Below are positions 1 to 9,903 of a DNA stretch of 64,000 nt, in pieces. The stretch is from Pedobacter sp. (lineage in GTDB: Bacteria; Desulfobacterota; Desulfuromonadia; Desulfuromonadales; Syntrophotaleaceae), in the NCBI GenBank assembly GCA_050253415.1, contig JBFWJC010000001.1, forward strand, positions 1,480,679-1,544,678. Direction: 5' to 3'. The notes beneath the pieces are model-generated. The model did no database searches, was not told the DNA's origin, and saw only the letters and a list, made by a program, of their open reading frames with translations. Position 1 is the first letter of the stretch. Every line of letters begins with the position of its first letter. The position numbers and the translations under genes were made by a program.

Positions 1-996
1 CAAGGCCACTCCACGATCGAAACGGGGCTGCAATGCGGCAGGGTCGACTGGCAGTCCGAGGGACAGGCGGATCACCGCCAGGACAAGATCGACCCCGACA
101 TTGAGAGGGATCTCATGGGTACAGAACCAGCCGCCGGAAAGACGCGCTGCCAACTCGATAACGTAGGGTTTGCCATCGCTGAAGACCATATCCCCCTTGA
201 CCACTCCGCACGTCACGCCGAGGCTGCGTGCTGCCTGCTGAACCAGGTCGCGGACCGCCTGGCGCGCCCGGGTGGGCAGATGACTCGGCATGGTGCCGCC
301 ATTTTCGATAAAATTGGGGGCGTAGCGGTCGATGTATTCATAATTGCGATCGGCAAATCCCGGGGTGTGACAGGCACCGTCCAGAACGATGCTTTCGGTA
401 CTGATCTGCGGGCCGGGCAGATAACGTTCCACCATCACCCGGCCACTCGGTGATTGAATCAGAGCCCGCTGGTAGGCAGCGGCCAAATCCGCCTCGGGTG
501 TCAAGCGTTGCACGCCACGACCGCCACGGCTGTCGACCGGCTTGAGTACCAGCGGAAGGCCGTTTTCCTCGGCGAGTTGCTGCAGGTGCCGGGCCGATTC
601 GACGGCGCTGAACCATGGGATAGCCACGCCATCGTCGGCAAATTTCTGCTTCATGGCGAGCTTATCCATGGCGCGGGCAGCCACTTCGACAGGAATGCCG
701 GGCAAACCGAGTTCGGCTGCCACCGAAGCGACGGTCAACGGCACGTCGGTGGCCAGGCACATGACGCCATCGATCTGGCGCACCTCGCGATGATAACACT
801 TGGCTGCATCAAGGGTGGCTGCGACATCGTAGGTGCTGGCTACCAGTCGGCCATGCGCTGCCAGCATGCCGGGGGCCTCCGGATTCATATCGCTGACCAC
901 CACGTGCAAGCCAAGATCGCGCGCTTTTTCGATGCCCGGCAGGGCTTCCATGCCGCCTCCGATAAACAGCAACGTTTTCCCTGCGTATTCAGACAA
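1..996 (-). CDS. ATP-grasp domain protein (amide/amino-acid ligase-like), 3' end beyond the window edge
   Basis: Not in the ORF track; translated by hand from TTG at 996 behind GGGGGGA: MSEYAGKTLLFIGGGMEALPG...DKLAMKQKF...PLVLKPVDSRGGRGV...VMVERYLPGPQISTE...KGDMV...YVIELAARLSGG. Open to position 1, with typical ATP-grasp motifs. Confidence 0.85.
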   Translation of the reverse strand, partial: MSEYAGKTLLFIGGGMEALPGIEKARDLGLHVVVSDMNPEAPGMLAAHGRLVASTYDVAATLDAAKCYHREVRQIDGVMCLATDVPLTVASVAAELGLPGIPVEVAARAMDKLAMKQKFADDGVAIPWFSAVESARHLQQLAEENGLPLVLKPVDSRGGRGVQRLTPEADLAAAYQRALIQSPSGRVMVERYLPGPQISTESIVLDGACHTPGFADRNYEYIDRYAPNFIENGGTMPSHLPTRARQAVRDLVQQAARSLGVTCGVVKGDMVFSDGKPYVIELAARLSGGWFCTHEIPLNVGVDLVLAVIRLSLGLPVDPAALQPRFDRGVAL

Positions 997-1738
997 AGTA
1001 CATCCCCCCGTTAAGGTTAAGCGTCTGGCCGGTGACGTAAGCTGCTTCATCTGAAGCCAGCCATGCCACGGCGGCGGCGATTTCTTCCGTTGTTCCGAGA
1101 CGTCCGGAGGGAATGCCAGCGACCTTTGCCTTGCCGGCCTCCGAAGTCAATTCCGCGGCTGTCATATCTGTAGACACCAATCCCGGAGATACCGCATTGG
1201 ATGTAATGCCGGCGTGGGAGTAGAGTTTTGCCAGGGAGCGGGTGAGATTGATCAATCCGGCCTTAGCCGCAGCGTAATGCACCTGGTTCATGCCGCCCCA
1301 CTGGCCGCCTATGGATACCAGGTTAATGATGCGTCCCCAACCGGCGTTGAGCATGTCCGGCAGCACCTCCTGTGCCAGGGCAAAGGGGCCGCGCAAGTTG
1401 GTGCCCAGCATCCGGTCCCAGTCTTCGTCACTGAGTTCCAAAAACGGTTTTTCCTGGGCAATGGCGCCGTTATTGACAAGAATCGCCGTGGATCCGTTAA
1501 AACGTTCACGAGTTTGTTGCAACGCCTGGCGAACCGATTCACGATCCCCGGCATCGACGCGAACGGCCAGCGCGTCAGGAAATTCAGCCGCCAGTTTTTG
1601 TGCGCCTTGCGGATGAGCACAAAAGCCTGCTGCAACCGGATGGCCATCGCACAGAAATCGCCTGGCAATGGCGTTGCCGATGCCGCGACTGGCTCCGGTG
1701 ACAAAAACGACGCGCTTGTTTTTTGGCATGTCGGCCAT
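989..1738 (-). CDS. SDR family oxidoreductase (FabG-like ketoreductase)
   Basis: TGASRGIG, NNGAI and YAAAK motifs; C-terminal YVTGQTLNLNGG. Confidence 0.9.
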   Translation of the reverse strand: MADMPKNKRVVFVTGASRGIGNAIARRFLCDGHPVAAGFCAHPQGAQKLAAEFPDALAVRVDAGDRESVRQALQQTRERFNGSTAILVNNGAIAQEKPFLELSDEDWDRMLGTNLRGPFALAQEVLPDMLNAGWGRIINLVSIGGQWGGMNQVHYAAAKAGLINLTRSLAKLYSHAGITSNAVSPGLVSTDMTAAELTSEAGKAKVAGIPSGRLGTTEEIAAAVAWLASDEAAYVTGQTLNLNGGMYFV

Positions 1739-1808
1739 GGAAATTCCCCCTGAAAATAGCGTCGGCTACTCTACCATTTACCTGGTAACCGGTCAAAAGT
1801 TCCGATGG

Positions 1809-3503
1809 TCAGCGATACCACATATTATCCAGGGTTTGTCCTCCCAGAAGCATCGGAGAAACGGGAGCGTCGTGTTGAATACGGGCATGCAGCAAGGCTG
1901 GGCCGGGATCCCCAAGGAAAGCATCAACCACGGATGGGTCGAAACTTTCCAGTTGGTAGGCGGCAATTCCGTAAGCCTCGGCGATGGCGCGGAAATCGGG
2001 ATTGCGGAAATCACCGGTGACCGGGTCGTCGGTAAAAGTGATGCGCTGAAACTGGGAGACGATACCCAGTCGATTGTTGTCCAGCAGCACGATCTTGATC
2101 GGCAGGTCCAATTCACGGGCCAGCGCCAGTTCCTGAATGTTCAGCTGAAAGGAGCCATCGCCGTCGACGCACAGCACCAACTGTTGCGGTTGCACGTGGG
2201 CCGCTCCCAGCGCCACCGGCAGGGCATACCCCATGGTGCCGTGCCCCGCGGAGGTCAGTAACCGTTTGCGGGGATAATCGAAAGAAAAGTAGCGCGCCGC
2301 CCATTGCTGATGAGAACCGACCCCGGTGACTACGGTGGTCGCTTGCTGTTTGGTTGCCTGGTCGAGATAACGGAGCAGTTCGTCAGGCGCCACACCGGGC
2401 AATTCGCCATGATCGGCAAGCTGCAACGTGGTGCGGAATTCATCTGTCTGCTGCAGCCACTGGTGATGTTGGCAGGCAGGTGTATCAAAGGCCAGAAACC
2501 CTTTCAGAAAACTCTTCACGCAGCAGTTTGCGGCAATAATCTTACTCAGTCGGGAGTGTTGCAGTTCGGCCGCCTCGAGGTCGACCTGGAAGACTTTCTT
2601 CCCGGCAAAGACATCCAGTTCGGTGCCGGTCTGCCGCACATCCAGACGGCTGCCGAGGACAACGATACAATCGGCTTCAAACAGGGTGCGATTAGCCCAG
2701 GGCATGCCGGTATGGCCGATCCACCCGGCTGACAGCGGATGATCGCTGGGAAAAACCCCGATGCCGCGCATGCTGGAGACGACCGGTAATTGCCAACGCT
2801 GCGCCATGGCTCGGATTTCCTGGGCCGCATCAAGAGCACCACCCCCGACCAGCAGCAGCGGGCGCTCTGCGTCTCTTAGCGCGTCCTTCACGCTCTGTAA
2901 AAATTCGGTTGAGCAAGGTGTGCCCGGCGTGGCCCCGGAGTCCAATTCGGCGTCCAGGCTGCTGGCGAAATCTTGACACAAGGACTCCTCGATCAGGCTC
3001 ATCTGCACGTTCATGGGCAGGTCGATCACCACCGGACCACGTCTTCCATCGAGAGACAGTCGGACACCATCGATAAGAGCCTGTCGGAGCTCCTCGATAG
3101 TCTGGGGCTGCCAGACCCCTTTACTGATAGGGGCGACCATCTGCGGGGTCGGTACTTCCTGAAAGCCACGTTGACGCAGTTCCCGGGCGCGGCCGAGGTC
3201 GCGGGTGCCCACCTGGCCGGTCAAGACGATCAGTGGCACGCTGTCATAAAAGGCATCCGCGACGCAGGTAATGAGGTTGGTGGCGCCGGGGCCGCTGGTT
3301 ACAGCGACAAAGGCGGGGCCATTGTCTGATGCTGCATCGGCGATAGCCATGTAACCGGCTCCCTGTTCGGCCTTGGTACAGATCAACGGGACGCCCGCGG
3401 CTTTGCATTCATGAAAGATCGGGGCAATGGTACCGCCGGGGTAGACATACAGGCTTTTGCCGAAATGTTTTATGACTGTCGCGATCAGTGCGGAAGCGTA
3501 CAT
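1809..3503 (-). CDS. ThDP-dependent enzyme, acetolactate-synthase-like (possibly YerE-like carboligase)
   Basis: YPGG, EQGAGYMA, TSGPGATN, QEVP, GPVVIDLP, and the ThDP motif GDGSFQLN...DNNRLG. Confidence 0.9.
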   Translation of the reverse strand: MYASALIATVIKHFGKSLYVYPGGTIAPIFHECKAAGVPLICTKAEQGAGYMAIADAASDNGPAFVAVTSGPGATNLITCVADAFYDSVPLIVLTGQVGTRDLGRARELRQRGFQEVPTPQMVAPISKGVWQPQTIEELRQALIDGVRLSLDGRRGPVVIDLPMNVQMSLIEESLCQDFASSLDAELDSGATPGTPCSTEFLQSVKDALRDAERPLLLVGGGALDAAQEIRAMAQRWQLPVVSSMRGIGVFPSDHPLSAGWIGHTGMPWANRTLFEADCIVVLGSRLDVRQTGTELDVFAGKKVFQVDLEAAELQHSRLSKIIAANCCVKSFLKGFLAFDTPACQHHQWLQQTDEFRTTLQLADHGELPGVAPDELLRYLDQATKQQATTVVTGVGSHQQWAARYFSFDYPRKRLLTSAGHGTMGYALPVALGAAHVQPQQLVLCVDGDGSFQLNIQELALARELDLPIKIVLLDNNRLGIVSQFQRITFTDDPVTGDFRNPDFRAIAEAYGIAAYQLESFDPSVVDAFLGDPGPALLHARIQHDAPVSPMLLGGQTLDNMWYR

Positions 3504-3545
3504 TGATTTTCCTTTGCTGTGCTGTCTATGGAGTTATTTGTCTAT

Positions 3546-3561
3546 AGCAAAGTTGATGCCG
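3546..3561 (-). promoter_or_regulatory. sigma54 (-24/-12) promoter motif for the ThDP enzyme unit
   Basis: Minus strand CGGCATCAACTTTGCT = GG-N10-GC, about 43 nt upstream of the start at 3503. Confidence 0.7.
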
Positions 3562-3744
3562 TTTCAGGAAACAAATAGGGGCTGAAACGTCGATTTTTAC
3601 GCCTGGAGTGCCCGTTTTAACCTGTTAAGTCGTGTCGGTAAAGGTTTATGGCAGTTCCTCGAGGCTTGTGACTGAAAAGCGCGTTTGAGGGGAGGGCCTT
3701 CAACAGATCGTTACGTATGCAGTTTCACAGCCAAGGATGCCAGA

Positions 3745-4806
3745 TTAACTAATGGTCGAGGCTAAGGCCAATGAAAATGGCACGGAACCCTCCGGTAGAG
3801 GATAGGGAGGACCTGATGCGGGCGTCTCCGGCTGGTTTGCCATCCAGGTTTCCCGGAGGGTTTGAGGTGTCCAGGACGGTGCCGGGATAGCTCGTTCCAG
3901 AAACTTGTACATCGGTGTCTGGTCGACCTCCAGCCAGAACCCGCGAGCCAGTGCCAGATATTCTTCACACAGGCGCTTCTCGTTACGCCCCAGAACATCC
4001 ATAGCATAAAGTTTCAGACACGTCTGGGCCGCCCATTGCATAACCTGCGGTTTGAGGTCCTTTAAGTGAAAACCTTCTTGAGGAAGGTGGTAGTTGAGAA
4101 CCAGCATCTTTGTGAGGTAGATGGTCATCAACATCGTTTTGTCTTTTATGAACTGCGAGGTGTCCGATTGTTCATGTTGTCTGTACTGAACCAGGGGGGT
4201 ATGCAGATAACCAACGTCCCACCTCATGTTGAGCTGAAGCACGGCCATGACATCCGTATAGGAATAACCACCGATGGCTTTCATGCACTCGGTTCTTATG
4301 AGCATCTGAACCGCGACGGTATGCCATCCTACGAAATTGACGCGGGCTTCGGATAAGCCGGGTATGATGGCGCTGTCCGCATAGAATTGGCTTTTTCCGC
4401 TGACGTTGCCTTGTCCATCGATATATTCTTTTTCGGCCAAAACATAGCCTAAATCAGGGCGATGCGCAAAAACCTCCAGGGCCGTTTCCAGAAATGCTGG
4501 TTTAAGCCTGTCATCGGCATGTAAAAAAACGATGTACTGACCTCTGGCATGTTCCAGGCAACGGTTCCAGTTCTCTAAAGAAGAGACATGCTTGTCAAAG
4601 TTGAGAGCAATAATCCGGTCGTCCCGAATTTTCCAGGCGTCGATGATACAACGGGAGTTATCGGTAGATGCATTGTCGATGACAAGGATTTCGATGTCCC
4701 GGTAGGTTTGCGAAAGAGCGCTTTCAATGGCCTCCCCGATGTATGTCGCCGTATTGTAGTTGGGTATGGCGATGGTGACAACTGGGGAATGGCTGTGCTT
4801 ATTCAT
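3745..4806 (-). CDS. Glycosyltransferase family 2
   Basis: VTIAIPNYN...IESALSQTY...IDNASTD...YIVFLHADD. Confidence 0.9.
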   Translation of the reverse strand: MNKHSHSPVVTIAIPNYNTATYIGEAIESALSQTYRDIEILVIDNASTDNSRCIIDAWKIRDDRIIALNFDKHVSSLENWNRCLEHARGQYIVFLHADDRLKPAFLETALEVFAHRPDLGYVLAEKEYIDGQGNVSGKSQFYADSAIIPGLSEARVNFVGWHTVAVQMLIRTECMKAIGGYSYTDVMAVLQLNMRWDVGYLHTPLVQYRQHEQSDTSQFIKDKTMLMTIYLTKMLVLNYHLPQEGFHLKDLKPQVMQWAAQTCLKLYAMDVLGRNEKRLCEEYLALARGFWLEVDQTPMYKFLERAIPAPSWTPQTLRETWMANQPETPASGPPYPLPEGSVPFSLALASTIS

Positions 4807-4835
4807 TTACCTTCTCCGTGTTTCCATGGACAGGA

Positions 4836-5840
4836 TCAAATACGTGACAGGATGTCACCGGAGCAGGAGTCAAGCTCATCCTCCAGCTTTGCCGATGTGT
4901 CCGGAGCTGTGCAATGTTTGCAAATTTCATTGGACATGCGCTTTTTCTCAAGATGCAACTTGAGGAAATTCAGATGCTTTTCTCCGTTCCAGATGGCAGG
5001 CAGCGAGGTGTCTTTAATGTTGCCCAGTCCGGCGGGGTCGGATTCCATGCAGCAGGGATAGACATCCCCGTTGGGCAGGACCGTGAGAGTATAGAAGCAT
5101 ATAGGGCAGACCATGCGGACATCATGGATGTTTCCCCAGAGATCAGTGGTGGAGGTGCTTTTTATCATGGAACTGTAATCAATTTCATGGAAGACCGGCA
5201 CGATTTTCTCAACAAACATCCGGTCACTGATGGGTTTAAATGTTTGATAGAAACGTTCTTCATCCCCGTTATCCAGAGCGACGTCAGGGATTTTCACATA
5301 CAGGTTGGCGTTTCCTTTGTTTTCATAATAAAAACGAATATTGTCAACCAACTCTTCAAAGTTGATCCTGTAATCGCAGATCTCGAAATATTTTTCCGAG
5401 CTCATGCCCTGAAGAGAGATGCGTAGGGTGTCGAGGCCCGCGTCAATCAATGCCAGGGAGCTTTCCCGGGTGAGAAGAGATCCGTTGGTGATAAATGCGA
5501 TTTCTTCTGCCACATCCAGTTTTTTCAAGTAGGCAACCATTTCAGGCAACCGCTTGTTGCACATCGGTTCGCCGACCCCGTAGAGAAACAGGGTCTTAAG
5601 CTTGGTTTTAAATTGTTTGATCTGTTGCGCAGCCTCCAGGAAAATTTCCCAGGACATGATTTCCGGGAAGAAGCCTTTTTGCGCCAACGCGGCTTTTCCA
5701 ATGGAGTGAATACAATATTTACATTTAAAATTGCAGACGGTGGCAACTGACAAAAAGACGGTGAACGGAGTGGCAAGAGGAACCGCTTCGTTGAGTTTGA
5801 TTCGTTCAAGTCCGTAGCTTGGTTTTATCTCGGATCCCAT
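4836..5840 (-). CDS. Radical SAM protein with SPASM/twitch-type C-terminus
   Basis: CNFKCKYC (CxxxCxxC), GEP, TNG; C-terminal CPIC...NGDVYPCC...GNI...CKHC. Confidence 0.9.
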   Translation of the reverse strand: MGSEIKPSYGLERIKLNEAVPLATPFTVFLSVATVCNFKCKYCIHSIGKAALAQKGFFPEIMSWEIFLEAAQQIKQFKTKLKTLFLYGVGEPMCNKRLPEMVAYLKKLDVAEEIAFITNGSLLTRESSLALIDAGLDTLRISLQGMSSEKYFEICDYRINFEELVDNIRFYYENKGNANLYVKIPDVALDNGDEERFYQTFKPISDRMFVEKIVPVFHEIDYSSMIKSTSTTDLWGNIHDVRMVCPICFYTLTVLPNGDVYPCCMESDPAGLGNIKDTSLPAIWNGEKHLNFLKLHLEKKRMSNEICKHCTAPDTSAKLEDELDSCSGDILSRI

Positions 5841-5880
5841 AACTATCCTCGGATGTTGGAGGTTTGCAACTGTCTTGTGT

Positions 5881-7299
5881 TTAGGAGCATTTTTGAGATT
5901 TTATGCGATCGGAAAACAATCGAAGTTCATCGAATTTTTTCCTGAAAATGAGGAGTTCCTCAATTTCCATTTGATACGGTTTTATATAGAACTCGTTTTG
6001 CGCATCCGCATGCAGCCCGAATTCTCCGGTCCAAAGCCGACTTGGATCGACGTTGTTAATGAATAAACCATCCCTCAAAGCCTGGTCGAAGATTCTGGTT
6101 CCAGGGAAAGGGATAAGGTTAAACACGTTGTTCATGTCAAGTTGTAGCTCTAAAATCAAATTATAGGTTTCCATGAGGGTTTCATGCGTCTCTTCGGGGA
6201 AACCCATGATGTAATATCCACGCGTGAGAAGGTTGTACTTTTTGTAAAGGGAAACGATCTCGTAAATTTTTTCGCGAGCCAGATGTTTTCCTATGATGTT
6301 ATTTCTGATGTAATCCGATCCGTGTTCGATCGGCAAAATCACATAAACACAGCCGGCCTCAACCATGGCGTGTATGATTTCTTCATCCAGAGATGCGAGA
6401 TTGTAACCATTGATCGATTCAAACTGAATTTTCATGCCCCTCTTTACAATCTCGTTGCAGATGGCCATGACATGGGATTTTTTTAAAGTGAGGTTGTCAT
6501 CCAGAAATCCAAAATAATTCAGATCGTGGTCGCGGTACAGCATCTCCATCTCATCCACCACTTTCATGGGGTCACGGAGCCTGAGGCCGCGTCCCATCAG
6601 GGGATGAACCGAGCAGAAACTGCAGTCGTAGGGGCAGCTGCGGCTGGTCAAGACGGGGACAGACATTTTAATGTCCAGTCCTCTGGGATTGTGCCAGCTT
6701 GAGTGGTCGGTAAAATAATCAGGGAAATTCACCAGATCCCAGGCCGGCCCCGGGAGACGGTTCAAGTCAGAGATGAACCCGTTGCGGGGATTTTGTTGAA
6801 TCTTGCCCTTTGTGTTGCGGAAACACAGGGCAGCAATATTATCGATGGTTGAAGGTTCCACGGATGAAAAGTGGTTGGCCAGAGCGACGATTTGCTCCTC
6901 TCCTTCGCCCATCACGGCCACGTCGATCTCGGGGCAATTACGGATAATCTCCGTGGGGAAAAGCGTCGGGTGAAGGCCGCCGATGACGATGGGTATCTTT
7001 GGATATTGTGCTTTAAGGGCTTTTGCCAGTCTGCGCAGATAAGGAAAATGTTCAGACAGCAGGCAGTTGAGCCCGATCATCCCCGGAAGCTGTTCCGCCA
7101 CTGCCGTCAGGACCGCGCTCGTATAACTTTTTTCTGGGTGATTTTCGTCGGAAACAAGAACTGTATTCAGGTCGAGAAGGCAGGGACTATGTTTGGCGTC
7201 CCGCAACACGGAGGCGAGGTGCAGAAGCGCCAGGGAGGGTTGTCTGTCGACCCTTTTGACATATCCCAAAGTGTAGGGTGCTACGAGTAATACATTCAA
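5881..7299 (-). CDS. Cobalamin-binding radical SAM protein (class B methyltransferase-like)
   Basis: N-terminal B12-binding domain (PSLALLHLAS, IVIGGLHPT, GEGE), SRSCPYDCSFC, DDNLT, IMGFPEET, PFPGT. Confidence 0.9.
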   Translation of the reverse strand: MNVLLVAPYTLGYVKRVDRQPSLALLHLASVLRDAKHSPCLLDLNTVLVSDENHPEKSYTSAVLTAVAEQLPGMIGLNCLLSEHFPYLRRLAKALKAQYPKIPIVIGGLHPTLFPTEIIRNCPEIDVAVMGEGEEQIVALANHFSSVEPSTIDNIAALCFRNTKGKIQQNPRNGFISDLNRLPGPAWDLVNFPDYFTDHSSWHNPRGLDIKMSVPVLTSRSCPYDCSFCSVHPLMGRGLRLRDPMKVVDEMEMLYRDHDLNYFGFLDDNLTLKKSHVMAICNEIVKRGMKIQFESINGYNLASLDEEIIHAMVEAGCVYVILPIEHGSDYIRNNIIGKHLAREKIYEIVSLYKKYNLLTRGYYIMGFPEETHETLMETYNLILELQLDMNNVFNLIPFPGTRIFDQALRDGLFINNVDPSRLWTGEFGLHADAQNEFYIKPYQMEIEELLIFRKKFDELRLFSDRIKSQKCS

Positions 7300-7375
7300 T
7301 GTCGAGAATCCTCAGCGAAAATCAAACCGGGCTGTATAGCGGCATGTAGGGAGCTGGTCTATCACCCGGCAGATG

Positions 7376-8584
7376 TTAAAACTCCAGGACGGTACCCGGG
7401 TATCCCAGGGCTGTAATCCGTTGCAGGATGTCCTTTTTGTGGGCCAGGGCACCGATAATCAGGGCGCTTTGCTGCGGTGCTTGTGCAAGGATCTCCGGTG
7501 GAGATATTTTCATGCCCCGGATCGTGGCGTTCTTCTGTTTAAAAGGGTTGAGGTCGATGAGTCCGCGGATGTCGCAATGTTTGATTCCCGCAGCTTCAAA
7601 CAGGTAAAGAAATTCTCTCCCTATCCCCCATATATATACAGGCCTCTCTTCCTGGAGAAGCGTTTGTGCCAGACGCTTCTTTTCAGAGAGTCGTACCAAT
7701 TCCTTATCGACATAATTTTCGAATATTTGAGGGCTTGCTGCCGTTTTGTCATGATTTCTCTGCCAGGCCGATCCCTTGAACTGAAAGGATGCCGAGAGAT
7801 TAGGCATGACCATGCTCTCACCCATGAGGGGCAAAGCCGTTTGTTGATATTCAATAAGTTCAAAACCGTGTTGGGCAGCCAGTTGTGAAAGGCTCTGGAT
7901 GGTGAAATGCTGAATATGCTCCCTCATCAAAAGCCAATAAAAATCAAAATAGTAGAGGTCTTCATATCTGGAAGCGTCCGGAACGCCAACGCACAGGACT
8001 CCTCCCTCTTTAAGGACCCTTGCTGCTTCCTTAAAGGCCCTGGCGGGATGGAAAAGATGTTCCATCACCTGCTCGATGACCAGCGCGTCAAACATGCCAT
8101 TTTCGTAGCCGAGAGCTTCCGCGTGGCCACTTCGGACGTTGTAGCCACTTCGTCGGGCTTGCTCCAGGTAGGCGGTTGTTGGTTCAACGCCAAACAGGTG
8201 CGAGAATCCTCTGTCCTTAAGAAAATCAAGAAATCCCCCCGTGGCGCATCCCACATCCAGGATAGAAGCGTTTTTTTGAATATGCGGGTTGAGCAGTTTG
8301 AACAGATGCTCGTATCTGTTGCGTGTAATGGCGCTTGCGCTGCCAGGCAGATCGCCGGTTTTTACGATGGAACGAAGATTTGTCGGGGCATACTCTTCGT
8401 TGTAATAGGATGCCAGCCCTGCGGTTTCCGAGGGTGAAAGTTTGTTGTATCCATGCCCGCAATCACTGCAGCATAGCAGCTTGACAATGGGGTAAAGGGA
8501 TGAAGCGTCAAGATTCCCGCAGTTTAAATCGAGCAGGCTTTTGTGGTTATTGGAACCGCAAATGGGGCAGCTTGGGAGACTCAT
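7376..8584 (-). CDS. Class I SAM-dependent methyltransferase with N-terminal Zn-binding Cys pairs and a C-terminal Rossmann-like domain
   Basis: CPICG...CSDCG, ILDVGCATG, VMEHL, VPD, EHIQHF; C-terminal YIWGIG...IDLNPFKQ. Confidence 0.85.
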   Translation of the reverse strand: MSLPSCPICGSNNHKSLLDLNCGNLDASSLYPIVKLLCCSDCGHGYNKLSPSETAGLASYYNEEYAPTNLRSIVKTGDLPGSASAITRNRYEHLFKLLNPHIQKNASILDVGCATGGFLDFLKDRGFSHLFGVEPTTAYLEQARRSGYNVRSGHAEALGYENGMFDALVIEQVMEHLFHPARAFKEAARVLKEGGVLCVGVPDASRYEDLYYFDFYWLLMREHIQHFTIQSLSQLAAQHGFELIEYQQTALPLMGESMVMPNLSASFQFKGSAWQRNHDKTAASPQIFENYVDKELVRLSEKKRLAQTLLQEERPVYIWGIGREFLYLFEAAGIKHCDIRGLIDLNPFKQKNATIRGMKISPPEILAQAPQQSALIIGALAHKKDILQRITALGYPGTVLEF

Positions 8585-9903
8585 AACGGTGTCCTTATAT
8601 CCCTGTTCAGTGATGCTTTGAGTTCAGTTAACTGTTTCTTCCATGTTGACAGGGTCGGATCATGGGGAAAACAGGCGGCATAGTGGAATACCGAACCCTT
8701 TGTTTGTTCGAACAGTCCGTGGAGTGAGAAATTGTCCATCCGGTTGATATCCATTTCCACGTTTTTGAAAAAATCAGGATGTCGCTGGATACTCAAGAAC
8801 CAACGTGCGGGATCAGGGCCAAGTATGTCGGTAAATGAAATGTGTCTTTTCGCCTGAGACAGCAAACCTTCATAGTGCGACATAAAGGATTTTCTCATCG
8901 ATGTGGCTGGAAACCGATTGCGGACAGATTCTGACGCTTGCCGACCCAGGCGGACCCTTTCTTGCGGGTGATGATAAAGCCAGCGCAAGACTTCTCCGAA
9001 TTCCTGTGGCGTGGCAACGATTCGCCCTGTTTCACCGTCCTGGACCAGGCAGGATTCGGCGGCGTTATTCAGGACGACGGGCACCACCCCCATAGCCATG
9101 GCTTCCAGCAGTGCATTTTCCGTGGTTCCATAATGCCGGGGGTTGAGGATGTAGGGCATAACGTTGATGGTTGCCAATTCCGTGACGATATCGGTGCAAT
9201 AGCCCCTGAAATCGAGGACTCCGGGACATCCTGCCCGTTGGCAATCCTCTTCAAGTGTTGTTTGGTTCGTTGTGTCGCCGATCATGCGGACCTTGAATCC
9301 CGGGACTCCTACCTGGGCCAGGAAGTCGGCATACCGGGGGTGCAGTTTGGCAAAATTGAGACTGCCCAGATAGCCGGCAACCAACGGTTCTTCCGGGTGG
9401 CGCACCGGGGATGGGAGAGAATCGATCCCCCCGGCGCTGTGTACCACAGCCAGTTGCCGTCTGGCCGTTTGCGGCAGGCTTTGAACCTCGGGCGTCTGCA
9501 TCGAAGCCGGGGAGGTGAAAAGGCACTGGTGGGCACTTTGCATCAGAGCTGCCGGGATTACGGGCGCGTCAAGACCTGAGATATGGCACCACACAAGCAG
9601 GCGCATGGCGGGCAGGGGCGATCGGCAGAGGGTCGACATGACTGCCGGGTGCCCCCACCATTCCACTTGAACAATGTCAGCCTCTGCTGTCAGGTCGTTG
9701 AGTCTGTCCACGCAGGGGGCCAGAACAACCCCGGTTCCTGTGGCCTCGACCTCCCGAACGAATTGAAGCTTCTCCGGCTTTTCCAGACAGACGATGGTAT
9801 GGGACACGTCGATCGGGCCCGCTTCCTGTTGTACCAGGCCGCTTAACGCTTTGCCGACGCCGCCTCCCAGGTGAGCCGTGATATGGAGAACCTGAATACT
9901 CAT
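8581..9903 (-). CDS. Glycosyltransferase, GT-B fold (family 4-like)
   Basis: VLHITAHLGGGVG; ENALLEAMAMGVVPV...VQDGETG. Confidence 0.85.
   Translation of the reverse strand: MSIQVLHITAHLGGGVGKALSGLVQQEAGPIDVSHTIVCLEKPEKLQFVREVEATGTGVVLAPCVDRLNDLTAEADIVQVEWWGHPAVMSTLCRSPLPAMRLLVWCHISGLDAPVIPAALMQSAHQCLFTSPASMQTPEVQSLPQTARRQLAVVHSAGGIDSLPSPVRHPEEPLVAGYLGSLNFAKLHPRYADFLAQVGVPGFKVRMIGDTTNQTTLEEDCQRAGCPGVLDFRGYCTDIVTELATINVMPYILNPRHYGTTENALLEAMAMGVVPVVLNNAAESCLVQDGETGRIVATPQEFGEVLRWLYHHPQERVRLGRQASESVRNRFPATSMRKSFMSHYEGLLSQAKRHISFTDILGPDPARWFLSIQRHPDFFKNVEMDINRMDNFSLHGLFEQTKGSVFHYAACFPHDPTLSTWKKQLTELKASLNRDIRTPL

Noticed and set aside
1809..3503. Housekeeping ilvB call
   Set aside because: No ilvN/ilvC neighbours, divergent N-terminal motifs and a glycan-island context; kept as a generic ThDP enzyme.
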